Shown: piece by piece, positions 1 to 8,486 of the stretch
How the letters are laid out: each line of letters begins with the position of its first letter
How positions within the stretch are numbered: the first letter of the stretch is position 1
Origin: Deltaproteobacteria bacterium
GTDB taxonomy: Bacteria; Desulfobacterota; Desulfobacteria; Desulfobacterales; JAFDCJ01
DNA: 64,000 nucleotides
Direction: 5' to 3'
NCBI GenBank assembly: GCA_019312835.1
Contig: JAFDCJ010000333.1
Span: 303-64,302, forward strand
The notes under the pieces: generated by a model
What the model was told of the DNA's origin: nothing
The model's database searches: none
The model's input: only the letters and a program-made list of their open reading frames with translations
Translations under genes and position numbers: made by a program

Positions 1-62
1 CAACCTCTAACCTCAGACCTCCAACTTTCTTCCTCTAACCTCGAACCTATGCCTCTAACCTG
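1..62. repeat. Degenerate heptamer tandem repeat (CTAACCT-like), one arm of an intergenic palindromic element cut by the window edge
   Basis: caacct ctaacct cagacct ccaactt ... ctaacct cgaacct atgcct ctaacct directly downstream of the 72..3011 stop codon. Confidence 0.7.
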
Positions 63-71
63 AAAAAAGTA

Positions 72-3011
72 TCAGGCGTCAGCCAAAACTTTTTTCAGAT
101 AGATGACCGCCGGTTTGGTATTCAGATATCCCATGGCCTGATAGGCCCGGGGGTCGTCCACCAGTTTGCGCACACGGCTGTTCTTGTCCATCAGGCTGCC
201 GAACACAAGGGCCTCGGTCGGACAGGTCTGAACGCAGGCCGGTTGCACTTCCCCGTCACGGATCAGGCGCTTTTCGTTTTTGGCGATATTATGGGCGGCC
301 TTGATGCGCTGGATGCAAAAGGAGCATTTTTCCATCACCCCTTTGCTGCGCACGGTCACGTCCGGGTTCAACTGAAGGTTTGTCGGCTTGGGCCAATCCC
401 AGTCGAACCAGTTGAACCGCCGCACTTTATAGGGGCAGTTCTGAACGCAAAAGCGCGTTCCGATGCAGCGGTTGTAAATCTGATTGTTCAAACCTTCCTT
501 GGAGTGATGGGGCGCATACACCGGGCAGACCGATTCGCAAGGGGCGTTGTCGCAATGCTGACACAGCATGGGCATAAAGGCCACTTTTTCCATATGCCCG
601 GGCTCATGAAACCGCTCGATGCTGAGCCAGCCCATTTCGCGTCCTTCCAACACCCGTTCGACGCCGACTATGCCGACATTGTTTTCGGCATAGCACGAGG
701 CCGCGCATGCGCCACAGCCGACGCATTTGTCCAGATCCACCACCATGGCCCAACGGTAATTTTCATGGTCATGGGGCGGATAAAAATCCCGTTTAGGATC
801 ATAACCCTCCGGCAGCGGCAGGGTAAGCGGGAAGGTCTCCATGGTTAAGCCGGATTTTTTGTGCGCCCGCTCCTTTTGCATTTCCGCCAGGCCGACAGAC
901 AGAGCGAACGTGCGGTCATGCTGGGTCCGGCTGCCGTCGGTATGGGCCAGCTGCATGGTGCGTCCGGTTTTGGTGATTGAAACCTTGTTCAGGCTGAAGC
1001 TGTAGCCGCCGGAATCGCGGTCGGTTCCGGCAGACAGGAGGCTGATCGGATTCAGCCCGGTTTTGCTGGCATATCGGCCGTACGTCAGATGACCCTGACC
1101 GATGGGCATCACCAATACAAACCGTGATACCGTTTCGGATACATACACCGGCGCTTCGAGCATACCGGAATCGGATTGAATCCGGATGATGTCCTGCTGG
1201 ACCAGGCCCTGTTGTCGGGCGGTGTCCGGATGAATAATGACCGGCGTCTGCCACGCAATGCGTGAGAGTGGATCGGGAATTTCACAGAGCCAGGGTTTGT
1301 TGGCGCCGCGGCCGTCGAAAAATCTGATCGACGGCATGGCCGTAAAGGCAAGATCGGTTTGGGCGGTCTCGTGCTTTTTTTCCAGAACATCAGCCAGTTT
1401 CTGCGGTTTAAGCTTCTTGCTCGATTTGGCTTTTTTGATGACGACCTGGAATTGTCCGCCTTGTTGAAGGGTCTGTAACCAGTGGGCTTCATCGGTGATG
1501 CCGCGATCTTCAGCCAGTCGGGTAATCAGCCAATCCTTATAGTTTTTGGCCGGGGGATCATTTTCAAAGCCCGCATGCAGGAGGACATCCCCTAAATGGG
1601 ATGCATTGGTTAGTTTGCCCATGGCCGGTTGCAGGGACGATACGATGGGCGGCTTGCCGCTGTATTCATCCCAGGATTCAAGGGGCATGCGCACCGGCAG
1701 GATAAGATCGGCCGTATCGGCGGTTTCATCCAAAAAGTTACTGAAACTGACGACAAAAACCTTGCTTTGGGACAGGGCTTCTTTGACGCCGCCGTCCGGC
1801 GGCAGGGCAAATACCGGATTGACATTGTTGAGCAGCAGCAAGTTGACGTCGTTTTTGCCGAGATTCTGGAAAAAATCCAGGATTTCGGAGCGCTTGGCTG
1901 CCAATTCCACCCGATGGCGGTTGTTAAAATCGAGCAGCTCCAGCTGGGGATCGAGCAGAAGATTTAATAAATTTACCGCCAGATTGGTCTGCAGACCGTT
2001 GAGATCCGATGCGCCGGTGCCGGTGCCCAGAACCAGCGGGCGGCGCGCTTCCACCAACTGGATAATCAGCTTTTCATAGAGTTCCAGGGAAATGCCGGAA
2101 CGCTGCAAGACTTCGTTCTGGGTGTAGGGGGCCGTGACCCGGTTCATGAATTCGTGATAGGACCTGGGAAGCTCGCGGCCCTTGCCGATGTCCAGAGCCT
2201 GCCGCACCAGACCGAGGGCAATGACCGATTCGCTGCCCGGCCTGCAGGCCAGCCAGTGATCCGCATTGGCACCCGTCAATGATTCAACGGGGCTTACGTG
2301 GAAAAAGAGGTTTTTGCGGCCGTTGTGATGGGCATGCATCGCTTTGAATTTACGGGCATATTCAACCGGCGACAACCAGGTTTCCAGAAAATCCGCGCCG
2401 AAGGACAGCAGGACGTCCGCTCTTTCCATATGGTATGATACCAGCCCGTCCACACCGAAGATTTTTTCATTGGCCGTTTTCAGCGCTTCATAGGCAAACG
2501 GCTCGAACACCAGCGGCGGCAGGGACTGCAGGTTTTGCAGGACGGCCGCAAACAGGCCCATCATGCTGTCGCCGACCGTCTCGGTGAGCATATGCACCCG
2601 ACCCGGCCCTTTGCCGGCGGCCTCCTGAGCCTTGGTTTTTACGATCGTCTCGGCTTGTGAAAAAGACAGTGGCCGCCAACGACCGTTTTCTTTCAACAGC
2701 GGGGTTTGGAGCCGGTCGGGGTTATAAATGCCCTGCAGCGCAGCCTGACCCCGCATGCAGAGTCGGCCCCGGTTGATGGGATGAAAAGGATTCCCCTCTA
2801 TTTTGACAACCCGCCCCTCCCGGTTTTTGGCCAGGATGCCGCAGCCTGCCGGGCACTCGCGGCAGGTAGATGCATACCAGGTAGCGTCGCCGACCACCAG
2901 GTCATCGGGCGCTTTTACCAAAGAAAATAGATTTTTAGGGGGAGGGTTGCAGCCAAATGCAAACGAAACGCTGCCGATGCCGGCAATTTTGAGAAATGTT
3001 CGCCGATTCAT
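72..3011 (-). CDS. Tat-exported molybdopterin oxidoreductase-like protein fused to a 4Fe-4S dicluster domain (alternative complex III ActB / QrcB+QrcC type)
   Basis: Twin-arginine signal MNRRTFLK followed by lipobox-like FAFGC; CRECPAGC...C FeS motif; C-terminal CVGCGACAASC, CQHCDNAPC, CIGTRFCVQNCPY, CSFC...CVQTCP and terminal T-K-P-A-V-I-Y-L typical of ActB/QrcC. Confidence 0.85.
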   Translation of the reverse strand: MNRRTFLKIAGIGSVSFAFGCNPPPKNLFSLVKAPDDLVVGDATWYASTCRECPAGCGILAKNREGRVVKIEGNPFHPINRGRLCMRGQAALQGIYNPDRLQTPLLKENGRWRPLSFSQAETIVKTKAQEAAGKGPGRVHMLTETVGDSMMGLFAAVLQNLQSLPPLVFEPFAYEALKTANEKIFGVDGLVSYHMERADVLLSFGADFLETWLSPVEYARKFKAMHAHHNGRKNLFFHVSPVESLTGANADHWLACRPGSESVIALGLVRQALDIGKGRELPRSYHEFMNRVTAPYTQNEVLQRSGISLELYEKLIIQLVEARRPLVLGTGTGASDLNGLQTNLAVNLLNLLLDPQLELLDFNNRHRVELAAKRSEILDFFQNLGKNDVNLLLLNNVNPVFALPPDGGVKEALSQSKVFVVSFSNFLDETADTADLILPVRMPLESWDEYSGKPPIVSSLQPAMGKLTNASHLGDVLLHAGFENDPPAKNYKDWLITRLAEDRGITDEAHWLQTLQQGGQFQVVIKKAKSSKKLKPQKLADVLEKKHETAQTDLAFTAMPSIRFFDGRGANKPWLCEIPDPLSRIAWQTPVIIHPDTARQQGLVQQDIIRIQSDSGMLEAPVYVSETVSRFVLVMPIGQGHLTYGRYASKTGLNPISLLSAGTDRDSGGYSFSLNKVSITKTGRTMQLAHTDGSRTQHDRTFALSVGLAEMQKERAHKKSGLTMETFPLTLPLPEGYDPKRDFYPPHDHENYRWAMVVDLDKCVGCGACAASCYAENNVGIVGVERVLEGREMGWLSIERFHEPGHMEKVAFMPMLCQHCDNAPCESVCPVYAPHHSKEGLNNQIYNRCIGTRFCVQNCPYKVRRFNWFDWDWPKPTNLQLNPDVTVRSKGVMEKCSFCIQRIKAAHNIAKNEKRLIRDGEVQPACVQTCPTEALVFGSLMDKNSRVRKLVDDPRAYQAMGYLNTKPAVIYLKKVLADA

Positions 3012-3156
3012 TTCAAAAATGATCTCCTGAATTCAGATCAGAAAAGATGATTAGTCCCGCGGCCCGAGTCCCAATAGTCATATATGTCAGTAATTTTGAA
3101 AGCTTAGAAAGCTGAACGGCATTTTGTGATTAGACAGGAATCATTCTCAGCACGAG

Positions 3157-3185
3157 TTTATAAAAAAATATCCGATGCTTGTCAA
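3157..3185 (-). promoter_or_regulatory. sigma70-type promoter for the ActB-like gene
   Basis: Minus strand TTGACA-17 nt-TATAAA, about 145 nt upstream of the ATG at 3011. Confidence 0.55.
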
Positions 3186-3457
3186 GGTGGCAAGATGGTG
3201 GACCAGCGCCGATAATCAGGGCCGCCGCCCTGCCGGGCTGCCGGTAAACAATGGATTTTTAGTACAAAACCGATTGGGTGTTAATAGGGTAAATACTTTA
3301 TTTTACAAATATAAACACCCTATTCAAGCTGATACGGTCGGAGAAATTCAAGTGACTGAAATTACATATAATCCCCAGAGACTGGTTGACAGGCTCCCTT
3401 GAATGTTTAGTGCTAGAGGACAGGTGATGTCAACATAATTTTCGAAGCTGATCCAGA

Positions 3458-3513
3458 GACAGATGACGGAGGACAGATGACGGAGGACAGAGGACGGAGG
3501 ACAGAGGACAGGG
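3458..3513. repeat. Heptamer tandem repeat, 8 units of GAC(A/G)GA(T/G)
   Basis: GACAGAT GACGGAG GACAGAT GACGGAG GACAGAG GACGGAG GACAGAG GACAGGG. Confidence 0.9.
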
Positions 3514-3550
3514 GGTTGATAAGGATATTGAAATGCTGAGACTTCCCACT

Positions 3551-3577
3551 GTCATTCCCGCGCAGGCGGAAATCCAG
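3551..3577. repeat. REP-like short palindrome GTCATTCCCGCGCAGGCGGAAATCCAG
   Basis: Resembles the widespread GTCATTCCCGCG-nAGGCGGGAATCC REP-like motif; single copy in this window. Confidence 0.55.
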
Positions 3578-3601
3578 AAAAACTTACGATCGGAAGGGGT
3601 T

Positions 3602-3871
3602 ATGATGGGTGATCGCGAAGCTGTATTGGACGTGTCGATGCAAGTTATTGGTGAGGAAGGCTGTGGCGTGGCTTGCGAGGAAGCCACGGTCTTCAAAGAT
3701 GAAGGCGGCTGGTATTTCATGCGCGAGGGCTTTATGGAACCCTGGCGATTGGGTCATAGGCTGGCCGAAGCCAAGGCCAGCATCCGGGAGTATGCCAGGA
3801 TGGGGTTTGGACTGAGCCAGCGGACCGCATGGCTATCGCAATGCTCAAGGAACGTCCCTATCGGGACTTAA
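3602..3871 (+). CDS. Small hypothetical protein (about 89 aa)
   Basis: GGAAGGGG RBS before ATG 3602; protein-like composition (GEEGCGVACEEATVFKDEGGWYF...EPW); upstream extension to 3533 runs through the REP-like element. Confidence 0.55.
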   Translation: MMGDREAVLDVSMQVIGEEGCGVACEEATVFKDEGGWYFMREGFMEPWRLGHRLAEAKASIREYARMGFGLSQRTAWLSQCSRNVPIGT

Positions 3872-3955
3872 GGTTTGAGGTTAGAGGCAAATAAGGAATT
3901 GGTCATTTTTATTCTGTGGATCAGCCTCGAACCTCCAGCCTCAGGCCTCCAACCT
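3870..3955. repeat. Heptamer-based inverted repeat between convergent genes (possible bidirectional terminator)
   Basis: aaggtttgaggttagaggc ... gcctcgaacctccagcctcaggcctccaacct; arms are reverse-complement versions of the (AACCT/AGGTT) heptamer family also seen at 1..62. Confidence 0.6.
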
Positions 3956-6441
3956 TAGGCTTTGTTCCGCATCCTGAGATTAATTTCCAGCCTTTCCAGG
4001 GACAACCGGATCACATCGCGGGCCTTTTCTTTTTGCTTCATGTAGTCGTCGAAAAAATCTTTGACTTCGTCGGCTTTTTCGATGCCGGCCGCCGGAATGA
4101 TGGCGCCCAGGACCCGCTCGTAGAGCATCGGGTGAAATTGTTCGATTTGCGCCAGATGGGAGACATACCAGTCCCACATCAGCGGAATGGCATGCGGGTT
4201 GGCGCACATCGCCACCACCGGGATAAACTGGTTGCGGGCCGGCACGGCGTCCAGGACGCACTGCTGGGCCTTTTGAGTCAGGCCGGCGTCCTTAAAGCAT
4301 CCCAGCGCCATTAGAATATTCATGCGCTCATGCTCGATCTGGGACTGGTCCATGCGTTCAACCAGCCAGGCGTACGCCTGGCGGTCGCCGGTGTAGGCGC
4401 CGGCCTGCAGCACGCTTTTCATGATGTCCGGGTGGACATCATCTCCTGCCATCAGGGCCTTGAACCGCGCGCCGGCGAAATCAGCAGCTGCATCCGAGCC
4501 AAAAAGTACCGCCGCCCAGATGAATTTGTCCCGCAGCAGCGACGTCGTGTGCTTCTCCTCTGTGGCCGGCTCGTATCCGATTTCATCCAGGACGGCTTCA
4601 AACCAGGGGACGGCAGCGGCGGATATGGTTGACCGCATGTCAGCGTCTGTCACCAGGTAAGCCCCTTGAAGGTTGTCGGCAATGCTGACCAGCGGCAGAT
4701 AGGCGTCTTCCCGGCGGTAAAAGGCAAGAAATTTCAGGTAGTCGGCCAGCGGGGCATCGCCGCTTCTTACCAGGGCGTAGAAGTCATTTTGAAGCCCCCA
4801 GCGATCTTCGGGCGGCATGGCTTGCGCTGCGACCTTCCGGCCCAATTCCGCCAAATTGCCGGCGTCTTCGTACTGGATCCGGTAAAACCCGGTTTGCCGG
4901 TCATTTAGTTTGTAGGCCGCCACATCATCCCCAAATTCGATGACCGTCCGGGATGCATCCATCAGCACCGACACCTGGCGGGTTTCACCCGTTTTAAGAT
5001 ACAGATTAACGCTAAGCGGTATCAGCCATGATTGGGTGGATTCGTTCGGCAGATAGGTAAAGCGCTGCTGGTTGAGGATCAGGCGATTATTTTGCCGCCT
5101 GACGGTAATTTTGGGGTAACCCGGCTGTTCGATCCAGCTTTGCATCAGTTCGCTGACCGGCTGCCGGGTTACGGTTTCAAATGATTGCCAGAGATCCCGG
5201 CTGGCGGCACACTCATATTCATAGGTTTTCAGGTAATGCTGCAAGCCTTTTTGAAAATTGGCTTCTCCGATATAGCCCCGGATCTGGCGCAGGATGCTGC
5301 CCCCCTTGTTATAAATAATCGGTGCGGTACTGGAATTGATGACAACGTGCTCCCCACCCGGGATTTCGATGGCGAATGTTTCGTGCAGTGCGTCGCGGGT
5401 CAGGGCCGGATCGGTCATGCTGTAAAGAAACCGCTGCCAGGTATCCCATTGGGGACAGTAGTGGTCCACCACCCCGAAGCCAAAAAAAGTGGCAAAGCTT
5501 TCGTTGAGCCACAGGTATTTCCAATCCGACGGGGTCACCAGGTTGCCGAACCACTGGTGGGCGATTTCATGGGCGATGACCTCAAAAATTCTTTCCTCGC
5601 CGGATTTGGATGTGACATCCGGATAATGCAGCAGCAGATTTTCGCGGAAGGTAACCGCCCCCCAGTTTTCCATGGCCCCGAAGGCGAAGTCTGGAATCGC
5701 AATCAGGTCCATTTTGGGCAGCGGATAGGCGATGCCGTAGTATGACTCGCTGAATTCCAGGGACTTGCGCCCGAGATCGGCGCCGAAACGGGCAAATTGC
5801 TGCATACCGGGCAAGGTGGCCACCCGGACGCGCGCATCCTTCTCATCCGCGGTAAACTCAAACTCGCCGACGCCGAAGAAAACGAGATAGGTCGACATTT
5901 TGGGGGTTCGATCAAAAGCCACCCGCACCTTGCCGTTGTCGAGCCTCGTTTTTTCTTTGACGGCACCGTTGGAGATGGCCACCAGATGCGGGTCTATATC
6001 CATGGAAATATCAAAGGTGGCCTTGCAGGCCGGATGATCCATGCAGGGAAACGCACGGCGGGCATCGCTTTCTTCAAACTGGGTGACGGCCATGTATCCG
6101 GTCCGATCCTGGTACGAGTACTTGCTGCGGTAAAATCCCGCCATTTTATCATTGATCATGCCCTGGTAATCGATTTTAAGTCCGATCCTGCCGGACACGG
6201 GCTCGGGCAGCGTGATACGGAGTTCTTCTTTGTCGGAATCAACCCGAATAGCGCATTCAGCCGCATCCGTGTTGTGCAGCACCCGGCAGTCTTTGATATC
6301 GATTTCGAGCACATTCAAAACAATTTCTTCAACGGGTTTGGTGGCCTCCAACCGTATTTCGGCAGTTCCGGCGAAGGTAAATTGGGTCAGATCGGGTACC
6401 AGATGGATCTTGTAGTTGACGGGCTGGTATGATGTCATCAT
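3955..6441 (-). CDS. M1 family Zn aminopeptidase with ERAP1-like C-terminal domain
   Basis: TQFEESDARRAFPC, GAMENWG and HEIAH-x18-E (WLNES) motifs. Confidence 0.95.
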   Translation of the reverse strand: MMTSYQPVNYKIHLVPDLTQFTFAGTAEIRLEATKPVEEIVLNVLEIDIKDCRVLHNTDAAECAIRVDSDKEELRITLPEPVSGRIGLKIDYQGMINDKMAGFYRSKYSYQDRTGYMAVTQFEESDARRAFPCMDHPACKATFDISMDIDPHLVAISNGAVKEKTRLDNGKVRVAFDRTPKMSTYLVFFGVGEFEFTADEKDARVRVATLPGMQQFARFGADLGRKSLEFSESYYGIAYPLPKMDLIAIPDFAFGAMENWGAVTFRENLLLHYPDVTSKSGEERIFEVIAHEIAHQWFGNLVTPSDWKYLWLNESFATFFGFGVVDHYCPQWDTWQRFLYSMTDPALTRDALHETFAIEIPGGEHVVINSSTAPIIYNKGGSILRQIRGYIGEANFQKGLQHYLKTYEYECAASRDLWQSFETVTRQPVSELMQSWIEQPGYPKITVRRQNNRLILNQQRFTYLPNESTQSWLIPLSVNLYLKTGETRQVSVLMDASRTVIEFGDDVAAYKLNDRQTGFYRIQYEDAGNLAELGRKVAAQAMPPEDRWGLQNDFYALVRSGDAPLADYLKFLAFYRREDAYLPLVSIADNLQGAYLVTDADMRSTISAAAVPWFEAVLDEIGYEPATEEKHTTSLLRDKFIWAAVLFGSDAAADFAGARFKALMAGDDVHPDIMKSVLQAGAYTGDRQAYAWLVERMDQSQIEHERMNILMALGCFKDAGLTQKAQQCVLDAVPARNQFIPVVAMCANPHAIPLMWDWYVSHLAQIEQFHPMLYERVLGAIIPAAGIEKADEVKDFFDDYMKQKEKARDVIRLSLERLEINLRMRNKA

Positions 6442-6457
6442 CTGCTCCTAATTCAGT

Positions 6458-6635
6458 TGCTGGCTGACAACTCATGGCTCATGGCTGATAGCTGGCAGTA
6501 AAAAGAGATAGGCTAAATAGTCGATTGGTTGAATCGGTAATTCGTCAAGTCGGATTTCAATCTGTCTGACGATCTGATTTGCCGATTATCTGTATCGTGA
6601 ACTATTTTTACGATTCGACTATTTTCTATCTAACT
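6458..6635. repeat. Degenerate heptamer/octamer repeat tract with inverted arms upstream of the aminopeptidase
   Basis: gctggctgacaactcatggctcatggctgatagctggc, then aatagtcgattggttgaatcggtaattcgtc ... acgattcgactattttctatctaact. Confidence 0.5.
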
Positions 6636-6818
6636 GTTTTTTCTATGGGCTTATTGTATTGATAATAATAGAGAAAGCCGCTGTGTGTCAATCGCTTGAT
6701 GACGGCATATGGTTTTTAATTCAGGGTTGAATATGATATATTCTTGAGGTTAAGCTCAAGCAGAATACCATTTATTTCGAATGGTTAGGCACTCCAGCCA
6801 AACGGAGAGAGATTTGCT

Positions 6819-7340
6819 GTGAAAAATGTCCTAATCGTAGACGATGAAGAGACGTTGATTCTGATCATCGAGTCCAGGTTCGAGGACTATAAAGATCAGT
6901 TCAAGGTGCTTACGGCCTCCAACGGTAAAGAGGCGCCAAGGATTCTTGAGTCCAATGTGATCGACTTTGTGGTAACCGACCGGAACATGCCCATTTTAGA
7001 CGGCATTGAACTGCTGGCTTACATGAGTGCCAACTTCCCCACCATCCCGGCCATTGCCGTGACGGCCTTCAGTACACCCGATGTCGAAGAGAAGCTGAAA
7101 AAAATGGGCACGTTGCGGATACTCGATAAGCCCGTCAACCTGGATATGCTGGCACATACGGTATTGAAAGGGCTGGCGCGGTCGCACCAGGGCGGGAACC
7201 TGACCAGTATATCGGTGAGCAATTTTATCCAGCTAATCCACCGGTTGGTGATGACAATGAAAGAGCGTGAAGGCTGGATCAGGTTGCGAACTTGTATTCC
7301 TGGGGGCAATGATTATTTTCTGAGCATTCAATTTTTTTAA
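6819..7340 (+). CDS. Response regulator receiver protein, probably truncated just inside a following DUF4388/PATAN-like domain
   Basis: VLIVDDE, VVTD, TA and KP receiver motifs; GNLTSISVSNFIQLI resembles the start of a DUF4388 domain, after which the sequence loses protein-like character. Confidence 0.75.
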   Translation: MKNVLIVDDEETLILIIESRFEDYKDQFKVLTASNGKEAPRILESNVIDFVVTDRNMPILDGIELLAYMSANFPTIPAIAVTAFSTPDVEEKLKKMGTLRILDKPVNLDMLAHTVLKGLARSHQGGNLTSISVSNFIQLIHRLVMTMKEREGWIRLRTCIPGGNDYFLSIQFF

Positions 7341-7394
7341 AATTCTGGTACGAGGCCTCCGTTATCGACGAAATTTCAAACCTGGGAGTCGAAA

Positions 7395-8303
7395 ATGACC
7401 GTAAAGGCTAACTATGATGTTATTATCCTGGGCACCGGCCCGGCCGGTCTGCAGGCGGCCATTCATGCGGCCCGCAAGAAGGTTTCCGTCCTGGTCCTGG
7501 GCAAAGAGACCAAAAGCAGCCTTTTTCACGCCCACGTGGAGAACTTTTGCTGCCTGTTCAATGTGTCCGGCGAAGATATGCTGGCTGTCGGGCGGCAGCA
7601 GGCCGCCAATTTCGGGGCCGATATGCTTGAAGAGGATGTGCTCGGTGTTGCTTCCGCGGATTCTCTTTTTAGGGTGACCACCGAAAGCGGGCGGGCGCTT
7701 GACTGCAAATCACTGATCGTGGCCACCGGGACCGCCCGCAATAAACTGGGCGTTGCCGGTGAGAAAGACCTTCTGGGCAAAGGCGTCAGCTATTGTGTCG
7801 AGTGTGACGCGAACTTTTACAAGGGGGAGGATGTTGCCGTGATCGGCGGTGCCAGTGCGGCCGTATCCGGTGCGCTGACCCTGCTGGACTATGCCGCCAC
7901 GGTTCATCTGGTTTGCGGTGAGCTGGAAGTTGCCGACACCCTCAAAGCCCAGCTGGCGCAAAGCGCCGTCATCGTCCATGAGAAAGCGAAAGTCAAAGAA
8001 ATCGTCGGACAGACCGGCGTGGAAGGCGTGGTCCTGGAAGACGGCTCTAAACTGGCGGTCAGCGGCGTGTTTATCGAGCTGGGGGCCAAAGGCGTGATGG
8101 AGCTTGCCACCCATCTTGGCGTTCGGCTCGATGATGAAATGAAGTATGTCGACACCAACAAAAAGATGGAAACCAATATCCCCGGCGTATATGCGGCCGG
8201 CGACATCTGCGGTCCCCCCTGGCAGATGGCCAAAGCCGTGGGCGAAGGCTGCGTGGCAGGCCTGAATGCCGCCATTTATGCCAAGAAAGTTCGCAAATCC
8301 TAA
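7395..8303 (+). CDS. Thioredoxin reductase-like FAD-dependent oxidoreductase
   Basis: GTGPAG FAD motif, ATG motif, GKGVSYCVECD redox CxxC, TNIPGVYAAGD. Confidence 0.9.
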   Translation: MTVKANYDVIILGTGPAGLQAAIHAARKKVSVLVLGKETKSSLFHAHVENFCCLFNVSGEDMLAVGRQQAANFGADMLEEDVLGVASADSLFRVTTESGRALDCKSLIVATGTARNKLGVAGEKDLLGKGVSYCVECDANFYKGEDVAVIGGASAAVSGALTLLDYAATVHLVCGELEVADTLKAQLAQSAVIVHEKAKVKEIVGQTGVEGVVLEDGSKLAVSGVFIELGAKGVMELATHLGVRLDDEMKYVDTNKKMETNIPGVYAAGDICGPPWQMAKAVGEGCVAGLNAAIYAKKVRKS

Positions 8304-8342
8304 CAACCTATATCGCTTGGATGAATTCAGCAGTTAACGCTT

Positions 8343-8475
8343 AAATCCCAAATTTCAAGCACCAAATCCCAAATAAATCTCAAATTCAAATATTCAATGA
8401 CCGAAACGCGTTTGGAATTTCGGATTTTGGTCATTGGAATTTGTTTGAGTTTTGAGATTTTTTATTTGGAATTTG
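8343..8475. repeat. AT-rich heptamer-based palindromic element between convergent genes
   Basis: aaatcccaaatttcaagcaccaaatcccaaataaatctcaaattcaaatattcaatgaccgaaac versus tttggaatttcggattttggtcattggaatttgtttgagttttgagattttttatttggaattt (reverse-complement arms). Confidence 0.85.
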
Positions 8476-8486
8476 AAATGAGCCGC

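Noticed and set aside
3458-3513. Tandem repeats considered as a CRISPR array
   Set aside because: Units are 7 nt with no unique spacers and no cas genes; the same holds for the other repeat tracts
3430-3720. 96-aa minus-strand ORF ending in PLSSVLCPPSSVLRHL
   Set aside because: Its C-terminus is a translation of the heptamer repeat and the rest is antisense to the better-supported 3602 ORF
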